From the NCBI GenBank assembly GCA_902774175.1, contig CACYHG010000033.1, positions 6,885 to 70,884 of the forward strand: a DNA stretch of 64,000 nucleotides, read 5' to 3'. Positions within the stretch are counted from its first letter, which is position 1. The number at the start of each line of letters is the position of its first letter. The translations under genes and the position numbers were made by a program. Shown piece after piece: positions 26,203 to 35,068 of the stretch. This DNA is from an uncultured Bacteroidota bacterium. GTDB lineage: Bacteria > Bacteroidota > Bacteroidia > Bacteroidales > WCHB1-69. The notes beneath the pieces were generated by a model, which did no database searches, was not told where the DNA came from, and saw only the letters and a list, made by a program, of their open reading frames with translations.

Positions 26203-27072
26203 ATGGAGGAGATTGTCGCAATTCAATTATTTGAAGGCAAGAAAGTTCGCGTTGTATGGGATGCGGAAAAGGAAAAGTATTTCTTTTCGGTGGTGGATAT
26301 CGTACAGGTGTTGACCGAAAGCCCTCGCCCAAGAAAATACTGGAGCGCGTTGAAAGCGAAGCTGAAGGAGGAGGGAGATGAAACGTCCCAAAAATTGGGA
26401 CAGTTGAAATTGTTATCTCCAGATGGGAAAAAACGTCTTACCGATGTGGCTGATTTGGAAGAGGTTTTCCGCATCATCCAATCTATTCCCTCTCCGAAGG
26501 CGGAGCCATTGAAGCGTTGGCTGGCCCAAGTAGGCAGCCATCGTGTGGACCAGATTATAGACCCGGAACAGACCTTCCAAATGGCTGTTGAAGACTATCG
26601 CAGACAGGGCTACAGTGACCGGTGGATTAACGAACGTATGAAATCCATCAAAATGCGCAAGGAACTGACGGACGAATGGGAACGGTCCGGAGTCCATGAC
26701 AAGAAAGACTTTGCCATTTTAACGAATGTGCTCACCAAGGCATGGAGCGGCATGACCACTGGAGAATACAAACAATACAAGGGACTTACCAAAGAGAATT
26801 TACGCGACAACATGACAAGTGTGGAACTGGCATTGAACACACTTGCCGAGGTGGCTACTGCTGAAATCTCACGCCAACGGAATCCGAAAGGACTTGAAGA
26901 AAGCCATAAAACGGCACAAGCGGGTGGCCGTATAGCCAGAAATGCACGTCGTGACTTGGAAACCGAAATCGGGCACAGTGTGCTTTCACCCTCCAAAGCC
27001 TCGGATTATTTGACACCAATGGAGGATGTTGAACCCAAAGAATTACCACAGGACATTTCAAATAAAGACTGA
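26203..27072 (+). CDS. Bro-N domain protein, DinD (DNA-damage-inducible protein D)-like
   Basis: 289 aa. The N-terminus FEGKKVRVVWDAEKEKYFFSVVDIVQVL is Bro-N-like, and the downstream region (RWINERMKSIKMRKELTDEW...) is DinD-like. Confidence 0.7.
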   Translation: MEEIVAIQLFEGKKVRVVWDAEKEKYFFSVVDIVQVLTESPRPRKYWSALKAKLKEEGDETSQKLGQLKLLSPDGKKRLTDVADLEEVFRIIQSIPSPKAEPLKRWLAQVGSHRVDQIIDPEQTFQMAVEDYRRQGYSDRWINERMKSIKMRKELTDEWERSGVHDKKDFAILTNVLTKAWSGMTTGEYKQYKGLTKENLRDNMTSVELALNTLAEVATAEISRQRNPKGLEESHKTAQAGGRIARNARRDLETEIGHSVLSPSKASDYLTPMEDVEPKELPQDISNKD

Positions 27073-27269
27073 ATGAAGTTTACAAAGTTTTATGCGTCCA
27101 AATTGTAATGTTCCAATGCTTTTGATACACTACGGGCACCTTCTTTCTGATCTGTTCGGAAAAACCGAACAGTTGACATCCTTTCCGGTTTCTTTATTTC
27201 CACCACGTGCAATAAAGCCATGCCGGATGCGTTATATAAAATGTATACATACTCTAAAATATTAAAGGC

Positions 27270-28139
27270 ATGAGAAAAACCGATATTTTTGGCATTATTT
27301 TGCTCGCTGTCGTGCTGATGACCGCGTGCGGAAATGATTTGAAGGTGGATTGTGGTACGTTAAACCCCAATGATATAGAAATAATTTTATCAGCAGGTAT
27401 TCCAATGAGACTAAACGATTCACCTACCATTATCTACAAAGATGGTATCTGTTATGATATTCCAAATGAATATGGAGAAAATGATTGGGCCATTAATTAT
27501 AAAGGACAAAAACAATGCGCGTTCCGGCATTTTAAGACAAATTGTAGACATTCTCACAAATACAATTTTTCTTTTTTTGGGAATCATGACACCATATACT
27601 GTATCATTGACATTCGTGGTAAAGATGCAGAAAAAGACACATTGATATTTAAGGAGTTAGAAAACAACAAATACAACCAACTTGATTCAAACGGTCTTAA
27701 ACAAGGAATTTGGCTTTCTGAAACACCCTCTGATCGAGTGGAAACCAATTATTATAACGGAAAACGTCATGGTATTTATATAGCATATTCTCGGAAAAGC
27801 AATAAAATATCTTCAATAGGTGAGTTTAGAAACAATGCCATGTCAGGAACTTGGTATACGTTTGACGATTATGGAATATTGCTGTCTAAAGTTGAGAATA
27901 TTGTTGAAAATAATGATTATTATTATTTTGCAGATGGGACATACTATTATGGGGGAAAACCCAAACACAAGGCTCATTACGTTAATTATTATCCCAATGG
28001 AAATATTAAGTCGGAAGGAACAATACTTTTCAGCGATACCTTTGAAACAGAAAGTAGTGAATATGGCTTTTGGAAATATTATGACGAGAAAGGCAATCTA
28101 ATAAAAACGGAGGAGATAGAAGGTGTGAAAAAAAAATAA
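27270..28139 (+). CDS. Lipoprotein with MORN-variant (YwqK-like) repeats in a strongly AT-rich segment
   Basis: 289 aa. Lipobox LLAVVLMTAC. Repeated G.K.G.W..Y..G motifs (NGKRHGIYIAY, NAMSGTWYTFDDYG, GFWKYYDEKGN). Confidence 0.6.
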   Translation: MRKTDIFGIILLAVVLMTACGNDLKVDCGTLNPNDIEIILSAGIPMRLNDSPTIIYKDGICYDIPNEYGENDWAINYKGQKQCAFRHFKTNCRHSHKYNFSFFGNHDTIYCIIDIRGKDAEKDTLIFKELENNKYNQLDSNGLKQGIWLSETPSDRVETNYYNGKRHGIYIAYSRKSNKISSIGEFRNNAMSGTWYTFDDYGILLSKVENIVENNDYYYFADGTYYYGGKPKHKAHYVNYYPNGNIKSEGTILFSDTFETESSEYGFWKYYDEKGNLIKTEEIEGVKKK

Positions 28140-28176
28140 TTTGACATGAAAGAAATGAACAAAGCACAAATGTAAC

Positions 28177-28347
28177 ATGGAGAAAATTCAGATATTCAAA
28201 GACAAAAAAAATCCGAACCCATTGGGATGCGGAACTTGGGGAATAGAACAGCGCACTGGACAACCAGTAATTAGTCCGATTAACGCTAACGACAAACACG
28301 CTCTTGACACCAATCTGGACGATGTGAAACAAATAGAAAGCAAATAA
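28177..28347 (+). pseudogene. Bro-N/DinD mini-gene remnant (N-terminal and C-terminal fragments only, with a frameshift)
   Basis: 56-codon ORF MEKIQIFKDKK.... A neighbouring frame reads KKIRTHWDAELGE, matching the paralog at 26203 (KKVRVVWDAEKEK). The tail GQPVISPINANDKHAL resembles the paralog's GHSVLSPSKASDYL. Just upstream (28146-28175), ATGAAAGAAATGAACAAAGC resembles the 5' end of the PD-(D/E)XK gene at 53200. Confidence 0.45.
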
Positions 28348-28348
28348 C

Positions 28349-28411
28349 CGCTTTCATCTGTTTATTTTTCTGTTTTAAACGGGAGAAACGCAGCATTATT
28401 GCCCGCAAAAA
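28349..28411. repeat. 64-bp direct repeat, copy 2 (orphan 5' region plus an MKA start codon stub)
   Basis: Same sequence as 26043-26106. On the minus strand it gives ATG AAA GCG and then diverges (track ORF 28286..28504 is an artefact of this stub). Confidence 0.85.
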
Positions 28412-28415
28412 ATAT

Positions 28416-29831
28416 TTATTCCCGCACAAATTTGGCAGAGAGGAGCGCATCGTCAACGGTGCGCAGTTGGAGCAGATACATGCCGGAGGGCAAGGCGGAG
28501 ACATCCAGTCCGGTTGAGGGAAGGTTCTCCGTTTGCAGCATAACCTGCCCCAACAGATTACGGACTGTAACCTGCGAAATGCCCTTTGCGGAATCCGGCA
28601 GTTGGATATGCAGAATCCCCGAAACCGGATTGGGCCAGACCTTCAAAGCCTCACCGGAGCGCGTAAAAGCGGCATCCGCCTGAGTGCTGCCGGGATATAT
28701 GTTCACGATAGCCCGCTCCAGATTGTTCCAGTCATCCGATCCGGAGTTGATGGAATCCAAAGTCACCCAGGAACCGGCTCCACCCCACCCCCAATTGAAA
28801 TGGAACATGCCGGTTTCGGAATCATAGCCGTCACAGACAAAGGCATGCGCCTCCAACTCCATCATCTCGTCCACCGCCGCATAAAAAACAGGCTTCCCGT
28901 CCATAATGTCGGACATAATGCTGTTTTTCCATTCCGCTTCATTCAATGCCCTTCTTATCAGTTTCGCACTTGAACGGTAACCGAATCCGGACACGAATGC
29001 ATTCCGCGCATCCGACGGCCATGCGAACGACTGGCATTCGCTTATACAATAGATAACATTGGCGGCGCTGCCACAATCGGCCAGGAGCCGTGCGACGGCG
29101 TGCCGTTCCGCCTCATAATTGGAGTTCGTGTCAATTTTGTTCCCATTCATGCGACAGAGCCTCAACTCGTCCGGCATGTTGTTCCAATCATACAGCTCCA
29201 TTTTCTTGGGTCTGCGGAGCGGCTGTTTCCAGTAATTCATGATCTGCGCCATGGCCACAGGGACACAACCGGCGGCACAACGGTTCTCCCGGTCACATCT
29301 GCTTGAAACGTAATAATTGTAGGCGTTCGGCTGCCCGTCATTGGAACTGGTCTGTTTCCAGCGGGTGGTGATATAGGGGCCATATTTTTCCCCACCCCGC
29401 ATTTGAACAATTGTATCCTCCAAAAGCATTTTCCATCGCCAGTCGGGATCACCGGAGCCGCTGTCCAATATCTGCCCGATTGCGGAGGCAAATTTCCCAA
29501 CAAAATGGGACATGCCGCTCCCGTCTGAATTCTGAAGGAAAGTGACGCTGTCGCCGCTGCTGTTGTAAGCCAGCACCGGCATCACGCTTTTCACGCCTGA
29601 AACCAGTGCGGAACAGCCGTTCCTGAAACAGACCTCATAAAGCAGGGTCTTTCCCTCCCTCTCCAAACGGCTTACATGCGACACATCCGCCGCCTGGAAA
29701 GATTTCTCCCTGAAAAAGCGCTGCATGTATTTTGACGAGGCATTTACGGCTTCCGCTTCAGTGACAATATTTTGGGCATTGCCCACAAGAAAGCAGGACA
29801 GCAATGACAGGACAACAACGAGATGTTTCAT
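28416..29831 (-). CDS. C10 (SpeB-like) cysteine peptidase with a T9SS C-terminal sorting domain
   Basis: Start trimmed to ATG 29831 (MKHLVVVLSLLSCFLVGNAQN). Cys context AAGCVPVAMAQIMNYW, His context AHAFVCDGY, and FHFNWGWGG. The CTD is VWPNPVSGILHIQL...LPSGMYLLQLRTVDDALLSAKFVRE. Confidence 0.85.
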   Translation of the reverse strand: MKHLVVVLSLLSCFLVGNAQNIVTEAEAVNASSKYMQRFFREKSFQAADVSHVSRLEREGKTLLYEVCFRNGCSALVSGVKSVMPVLAYNSSGDSVTFLQNSDGSGMSHFVGKFASAIGQILDSGSGDPDWRWKMLLEDTIVQMRGGEKYGPYITTRWKQTSSNDGQPNAYNYYVSSRCDRENRCAAGCVPVAMAQIMNYWKQPLRRPKKMELYDWNNMPDELRLCRMNGNKIDTNSNYEAERHAVARLLADCGSAANVIYCISECQSFAWPSDARNAFVSGFGYRSSAKLIRRALNEAEWKNSIMSDIMDGKPVFYAAVDEMMELEAHAFVCDGYDSETGMFHFNWGWGGAGSWVTLDSINSGSDDWNNLERAIVNIYPGSTQADAAFTRSGEALKVWPNPVSGILHIQLPDSAKGISQVTVRNLLGQVMLQTENLPSTGLDVSALPSGMYLLQLRTVDDALLSAKFVRE

Positions 29832-29878
29832 ATTATCCGGTTTAAGATCCAACGCCATTTGAAGAAGGGCTGAAAAGG

Positions 29879-31042
29879 CTACCGGTTGGCATAGCGCTCC
29901 ACATCCTCACCTGTGATGGTGCTGCCGCACAGGATAAGCAGACGCTCCACCATATTGTTCAGTTCACGGATGTTACCGCGCCATGGAAGCTGCTTCAAGG
30001 CGGCAATCGCATCCTCCGTAACCTGCGGCTGTGGCATGTGCTGGTGTTCGCAGGAAAGCTTCATGAAATGGTCCACCAAAAGCGGAATATCCTCCAGCCG
30101 TTCACGCAGCGGCGGCACATGTATGAGTATCACCCCCAGCCGGTGGTACAGGTCCTCACGGAAATTCTTCTGCTCAATCTCCTGACGCAGATCCTTGTTG
30201 GTGGCGGCTATCACCCTGACATCCACCTGAATTTTCTTCTCCCCGCCCACGCGGACAATCTGGTTCTCCTGCAAGGCGCGCAGAACCTTGGCCTGCGCTG
30301 ATAGGCTCATGTCACCAACCTCGTCCAGGAAAAGCGTCCCATGGTCAGCGATTTCAAAATTGCCCTTGCGCTGCTTGATTGCAGAGGTGAACGAACCCTT
30401 TTCATGGCCGAACAGCTCGCTCTCAATCAGCTCGGAAGGGATTGCCGCACAATTCACCTCCACAAATGGGTTGCCGGCCCGGTGGCTCATCTCATGCAGC
30501 CAATGCGCCACGGACTCCTTGCCGGTACCGTTCTCACCCGTGATAAGCACCCGCGCATCCGTTGGGGCCACCTTCCCGATAATCGCCTTCAGCTCCTGCA
30601 CCGCAGGTGATTCCCCGACAATCTCATAACGACGGTTAACCTTCTTTTTCAGCTGCCGCGTCTCCGTCACCAGCGACTGCCGCTCCTGCGCATGACGCAC
30701 TGAAATCAGCAGCCGGTTCAAATCTAACGGCTTAGTTATAAAATCGAATGCACCGGCCTTGATTGAGGCGACCGCCGTATCAATATCGCCGTGACCGGTA
30801 ATCATTATGACCGGAACATCCCGCAGGAGCCGTAATTTCTCCAGAAACTCCAGCCCGTCCATCTCCGGCATCTTGATGTCGCTGATGACCAGATCGAACT
30901 GCTCGTTTTCAAGAAGTTTCAACGCCTCCGGTGCGGACTGTATTGTCTGCACCGCATAGGATTCGTATTCCAGAACCTCCTTCAGCGCATCGCAAATGGC
31001 CGATTCATCGTCCACGACCAGTATTTTAGCAATGGTATCCAT
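29879..31042 (-). CDS. Response regulator with a sigma-54-activator-type AAA+ domain but no C-terminal HTH, and a variant GSFTSA loop
   Basis: Start trimmed to ATG 31042 (MDTIAKILVVDDE..). Receiver motif DLVISDIKMP, Walker A GENGTGKE, Walker B LFLDEVG. It has GHEKGSFTSA where GAFTGA is expected. The protein ends ~45 aa after PPLRER. Confidence 0.8.
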   Translation of the reverse strand: MDTIAKILVVDDESAICDALKEVLEYESYAVQTIQSAPEALKLLENEQFDLVISDIKMPEMDGLEFLEKLRLLRDVPVIMITGHGDIDTAVASIKAGAFDFITKPLDLNRLLISVRHAQERQSLVTETRQLKKKVNRRYEIVGESPAVQELKAIIGKVAPTDARVLITGENGTGKESVAHWLHEMSHRAGNPFVEVNCAAIPSELIESELFGHEKGSFTSAIKQRKGNFEIADHGTLFLDEVGDMSLSAQAKVLRALQENQIVRVGGEKKIQVDVRVIAATNKDLRQEIEQKNFREDLYHRLGVILIHVPPLRERLEDIPLLVDHFMKLSCEHQHMPQPQVTEDAIAALKQLPWRGNIRELNNMVERLLILCGSTITGEDVERYANR

Positions 31043-31068
31043 ATTTTGTCTGTTTATATTTCCAATAA

Positions 31069-32349
31069 TCAGGAACGCGGACCGACCAGCACGGTTGACA
31101 TCCCGTCCGGATCCAGATACTGCCGTGCCAGCTGGCGCAATTCCGGGGAAGTGACCGACACGACCATCTGGAAGTAGTCCCTCCAATAGGAGGCGTCCAT
31201 TCCGTCCGCCTGGACCTCCTCCCAACGTTCCATTTGCTGGAATAGTCCGTCAAAACGGCGCAACAGGCTGCCTGTCTCATATTTTTTCAAACGCTCCAGC
31301 TCCTCTGCCGGAACCTCCTCATCACAGAGCCTGCGCAACTCCACGGCGATTTTCCCCACCGCCTGCTCCGCCTGTGCGGCGTTGACATCGGCGGAAATGC
31401 ACAAATGACCCGCGTGACGCATGGGAGAGAGATGGGAATAGATGCCATAGGCAAAACCGCTCTTTTCCCGAATCTCTGTCATCAGACGGGAACCGAAATA
31501 GCCGCCCAGGAGACGGTTCAGCACACACATCCGCATCCAGTCCGGATGTGTGCGGTTAAAAAGCCGCCGTCCCATACAGATGGAGGTCTGCATAGTGCCG
31601 TGCCCCTCCAAGCGCAGTGTTTCCGCCTTAACTTCCGGTATCGGATATGAAGGCACCACAACTTCCGGACGCACCGGCAGACTGCCCAAAGTCTCCTCCA
31701 TCATACGCACCAGCCCAGGCTGCAGATTCCCGGCTATGAAAATCCGCATGTAGGCAGGACTGTAGCGTTCTTTATAAAAGGTCTCCAGCATTCCAGTATC
31801 CCAGTTTTCCACATCATCCAAGGTGAGTCTCCGCCCATAGGGATGCCCATCTGAATAAAGAGTGGAAAGGAACTGCCGGTATGCCAAATAGCTGTTTTTC
31901 TCAAGATTGACCGATAGCTGCTGCCTCTGCTGCATCTTCAGAAGCTGCAGCCGCTCCGCAGAAAATCGTGGTTCCGCAAACAGCTCCCGCACCAGCGGAA
32001 AAATGCGTCCGGCAACCTTTGCAGGAAAATGCAGGCTGATGACAGCCCAATCACGGTCAGTGGAACTGTCAATGTAGCACCCTTCCGCATCCAGGCAGGC
32101 CATCCAAGCCTCGTCAGGATGCGACAATGTGCCCTCCTGAAGCATTTTAAGCGTGGCCAAAGCCACTCCGGCACGGGACTGGAACCAGCCGCCAGCCTCA
32201 ATCCTTATGTCCATCCTCACCAAGGCATAATCCTCCTGCCGCCAGAGAAAGCAGGGAATCCCGTTCGGCAGACGGAGCTGCCCGACCGGCAACATGCCGG
32301 GGAAGGAAAACTGATGCCGCAAAGGCGCTTTTGTACGGTCTGCAGGCAT
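31069..32349 (-). CDS. M16 (pitrilysin) family protein lacking the HxxEH zinc motif (non-catalytic type)
   Basis: M16-like fold pattern. At the position where G.AH.LEH..F.GT is expected, the sequence reads GVALATLKMLQEGT. The track start 32376 is GTG and overlaps porX, so I prefer ATG 32349, 2 nt after the porX stop. Confidence 0.65.
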   Translation of the reverse strand: MPADRTKAPLRHQFSFPGMLPVGQLRLPNGIPCFLWRQEDYALVRMDIRIEAGGWFQSRAGVALATLKMLQEGTLSHPDEAWMACLDAEGCYIDSSTDRDWAVISLHFPAKVAGRIFPLVRELFAEPRFSAERLQLLKMQQRQQLSVNLEKNSYLAYRQFLSTLYSDGHPYGRRLTLDDVENWDTGMLETFYKERYSPAYMRIFIAGNLQPGLVRMMEETLGSLPVRPEVVVPSYPIPEVKAETLRLEGHGTMQTSICMGRRLFNRTHPDWMRMCVLNRLLGGYFGSRLMTEIREKSGFAYGIYSHLSPMRHAGHLCISADVNAAQAEQAVGKIAVELRRLCDEEVPAEELERLKKYETGSLLRRFDGLFQQMERWEEVQADGMDASYWRDYFQMVVSVTSPELRQLARQYLDPDGMSTVLVGPRS

Positions 32350-32351
32350 GG

Positions 32352-33905
32352 CTATCTGGGTGAAAGGATGATGCACGGTATCAGCATCTCCTCCATGGAG
32401 ACCCCGCCATGCTGGAATGTGTTCCTGTAATAATTTGAGAAATGGGTATAGTTGTTCGGATAGACAAAGAACTGGTCACCGATGGCAAACACATACTTTG
32501 AGGAGACATTAATACGCGGCAGGTAGGCCGATTCGGGATTGGAGATGACAAAGACCTCACGTTCGTCCAGCGACAGGTTCCTGCCCACCTTATAGCGCAG
32601 ATTGGTGTTTGTCTCGCGGTCGGCCTGTATCCGTACCGGATTCTTGATTCGGATGGTGCCATGGTCGGTGGTGATCATGACCCGGATTTTTTTCTCGGAG
32701 AGGAAGCGCAGCAGTTCAAGCACCTGCGAGTGCTCGAACCAGGACTTCACCACACTGCGGTAGGACTGCTCGTCGTTGGCGAGATTACGCACCACATCCG
32801 TTTCAGCATGTGCGTGCGAAAGCATGTCCACAAAGTTATAGACCCCGACAATCAGGGAGTTGTCCAGCAGGCTCGTGAAACGTTCGTTTATTTTCTTTCC
32901 AAATTCCTGGTTCAGAACCTTGTAATAGTAGTGCCTGTAATTTTTTCCGCAACGTTTCAGGTTTGAAGCCAGCAGTTCCGGCTCCTTCATATTCTTGTTG
33001 CCGTCATCGTTCTCGTTCAGCCACAAGTCAGGATATATCTTCCCGATTTGGGAAGGCAGCAGACCGGCGAAGAGGCTGTTGCGCGCATAATGGGTGGCTG
33101 TCGGCAGTATGCTGTAATACAGATCATCCTGCTCCACGCGGAAAAACTCGTTCAACAACGGCTGGATGGCCCGCCAGTGGTCATACCTGAGATTGTCGAT
33201 CACAATCAGCACCATCGGGCTGTCGGGAACAAGTTTAGGGAAAAGGGACTCCCTGAGCAGCGTGTGTGACATGACAGGACGGTCCTCCGCTCCAGCCAGC
33301 CAGCGCTCGTAGTTTTTTGAGATGAATTTTGCAAAGAGGGCGTTGGCCTCCTTCTTCTGGGTATAAAGTATCTCCTTGATGCCGTCATCCATGCTGTTGC
33401 CCAGCTCTATCTCCCAATAGACCATGTCGCGGTAAATCTCCTTCCAGTCGTCAGGAGTTGAGGCGAACGACATCTTCATGGAGAGCTCGCGGAATGACTG
33501 CTGGTAGTCCATGGTGCTCTTTTCCGTCACAAGACGGCGGTTCTCCGTGTGCTTTTTCAGGCAGTGCAGAATCTGCATCGGCTGTACCGGCTTGACCAGA
33601 TAGTCGCTGATGTTCGACCCTATGGCCTCCTCCATGATCCGCTCCTCCTCGCTTTTGGTGATCATCACTATCGGTATGGATGGGCGCTTGCTCTTTATGC
33701 GCTGGATGCAGTCCAGTCCCGACAAGCCGGGCATGTTCTCATCAAGAAACACGATGTCCACTGTCTGCTCGTCCAACATGTCAATCGCCTCGTTCCCGCT
33801 CAGCACAGGAATCACATGGTAGCCCTTTGACTCCAGAAAACGGATGTATGGATTCAGCAGCTCTATCTCATCGTCTGCCCACAATATGTGAATGTTGTCT
33901 GCCAT
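32352..33905 (-). CDS. porX: T9SS response regulator PorX (CheY receiver plus PglZ/alkaline-phosphatase-like domain)
   Basis: 517 aa. Receiver motifs ILWADDE..DIVFLDENMPGLSG..ITKSEE. The PglZ-type core has VLIVIDNLRYDHW. Length and architecture match PorX. Confidence 0.8.
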   Translation of the reverse strand: MADNIHILWADDEIELLNPYIRFLESKGYHVIPVLSGNEAIDMLDEQTVDIVFLDENMPGLSGLDCIQRIKSKRPSIPIVMITKSEEERIMEEAIGSNISDYLVKPVQPMQILHCLKKHTENRRLVTEKSTMDYQQSFRELSMKMSFASTPDDWKEIYRDMVYWEIELGNSMDDGIKEILYTQKKEANALFAKFISKNYERWLAGAEDRPVMSHTLLRESLFPKLVPDSPMVLIVIDNLRYDHWRAIQPLLNEFFRVEQDDLYYSILPTATHYARNSLFAGLLPSQIGKIYPDLWLNENDDGNKNMKEPELLASNLKRCGKNYRHYYYKVLNQEFGKKINERFTSLLDNSLIVGVYNFVDMLSHAHAETDVVRNLANDEQSYRSVVKSWFEHSQVLELLRFLSEKKIRVMITTDHGTIRIKNPVRIQADRETNTNLRYKVGRNLSLDEREVFVISNPESAYLPRINVSSKYVFAIGDQFFVYPNNYTHFSNYYRNTFQHGGVSMEEMLIPCIILSPR

Positions 33906-33956
33906 TGTCAGATGTCATTTAAGGTTTAATACTAACAAAACGTCGGGATGCCACAA

Positions 33957-35055
33957 TTATTGCGCTCTTCCACGTCCGAATTCCATCAGGAACGCCTTCA
34001 GGAAATCGTCGATATCGCCGTCAAGCACACCCTGCGTGTCGGAGGTTTCCAAACCTGTACGGTTGTCCTTCACCAGCTTGTAGGGATGAAGCACATAGCT
34101 GCGGATTTGCGACCCCCATTCAATCTTCTTCTTCCCACTCTCTATCTCATTGATTTTCTCATACTTTTTCTGCAGTTCAATCTCATACAGCCGCGATTTG
34201 AGCATTTGCAGCGCCTTTTCCTTGTTCTGCAGCTGGAAGCGGGTCACCTGGCATTCTATCACTATGCCGGTTGGCTTATGGTGCAGCCGCACAGCCGTCT
34301 CCACCTTGTTGACATTCTGCCCGCCGGGGCCGCCCGAACGGAAGGTGTCCCAAGTTATGTCCGCCGGCTTGACCTCTATCTCGATATTGTCATCAACCAT
34401 CGGACATACGAACACGGAGGCGAACGATGTGTGCCGGCGGTGGTCGGAATCGAACGGGGAAAGCCTCACCAGACGGTGCACGCCGTTCTCCCCCTTAAGG
34501 TTGCCATAGACATACTCCCCCTCAATTTCGATGGTAACCGACCTGATGCCTGCAACCTCACCATCCAGCCTGTCCAGCTCGCGCACCTGGTAATGGTGCT
34601 CCTCGGCCCAGCGCATATACATGCGCAGAAGCATCTCCGCCCAATCCTGGCTCTCGGTGCCGCCAGCTCCGGAGTTGATGGTCAGGGTCGCACCCAAACG
34701 GTCCTCCTCGTCATTGAGCATATTTTTGAATTCCAAATCCTCAATGGCCTTAAGCGCAACGGAATAATGGCTGTCGCACTCCTCCTCCGTCATTTCTCCG
34801 GCTCCGAAAAACTCAAGCGCAAGCTCCGCCTCCGAAAAGGCATTTTCCGCACCGGCATAGGCCTTTGTCCACCCTTTTAGCAGATTGATTGATTTCAGCT
34901 CCGCCTCAGCCTTTTTCGGGTCATCCCAGAATCCGGCCTCCTGCGTCGCCGCCTCACGTTCATTTATCTCGTTCTCCTTCTTTCCGATGTCAAAGACACC
35001 TCCGTAACTCGCCCAGCCGCTCACGCAGCGCCTCAATGGCGTCCTGTTGTACCAT
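33957..35055 (-). CDS. prfB: Peptide chain release factor 2, requiring a programmed +1 frameshift
   Basis: Frame 0 from ATG 35055 reads [21 protein letters not shown] then TGA (34990-34992). The +1 frame continues [11 protein letters not shown].. into the 359-aa track ORF, which carries the SPF and GGQ ([15 protein letters not shown]) motifs. Confidence 0.9.
34989..35004 (-). promoter_or_regulatory. prfB recoding site: internal Shine-Dalgarno-like GGAGG followed by CTT TGA C
   Basis: The minus strand reads CGGAGGTGTCTTTGAC, the canonical RF2 autoregulatory frameshift context. Confidence 0.85.
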
Positions 35056-35068
35056 AAATGTTTCCGTT

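Noticed and set aside
27152-27172. Perfect 8-bp hairpin CTGTTCGG-AAAAA-CCGAACAG downstream of the Bro-N gene, as a terminator
   Set aside because: It is plausible but has no T-tract after it, and I cannot evaluate its stability or usage. It is left out of the feature list as too weak.
28286-28504. 72-aa minus-strand ORF spanning the end of the C10 gene region
   Set aside because: Only the MKA start stub is homologous to anything (the duplicated 64-bp repeat). The upstream part overlaps the C10 CDS out of frame.
29879-31225. N-terminal extensions in track ORFs (29879..31225, 24831..26174, 49557..51587, 58194..60557, 42310..42963, 9105..9839, 28416..29858, 16119..17057)
   Set aside because: The extensions lack signal-peptide or domain logic, overlap upstream genes or promoters, or use non-ATG codons. 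Internal ATGs give canonical N-termini (receiver domain, signal peptides, RuvA MITHIEG).
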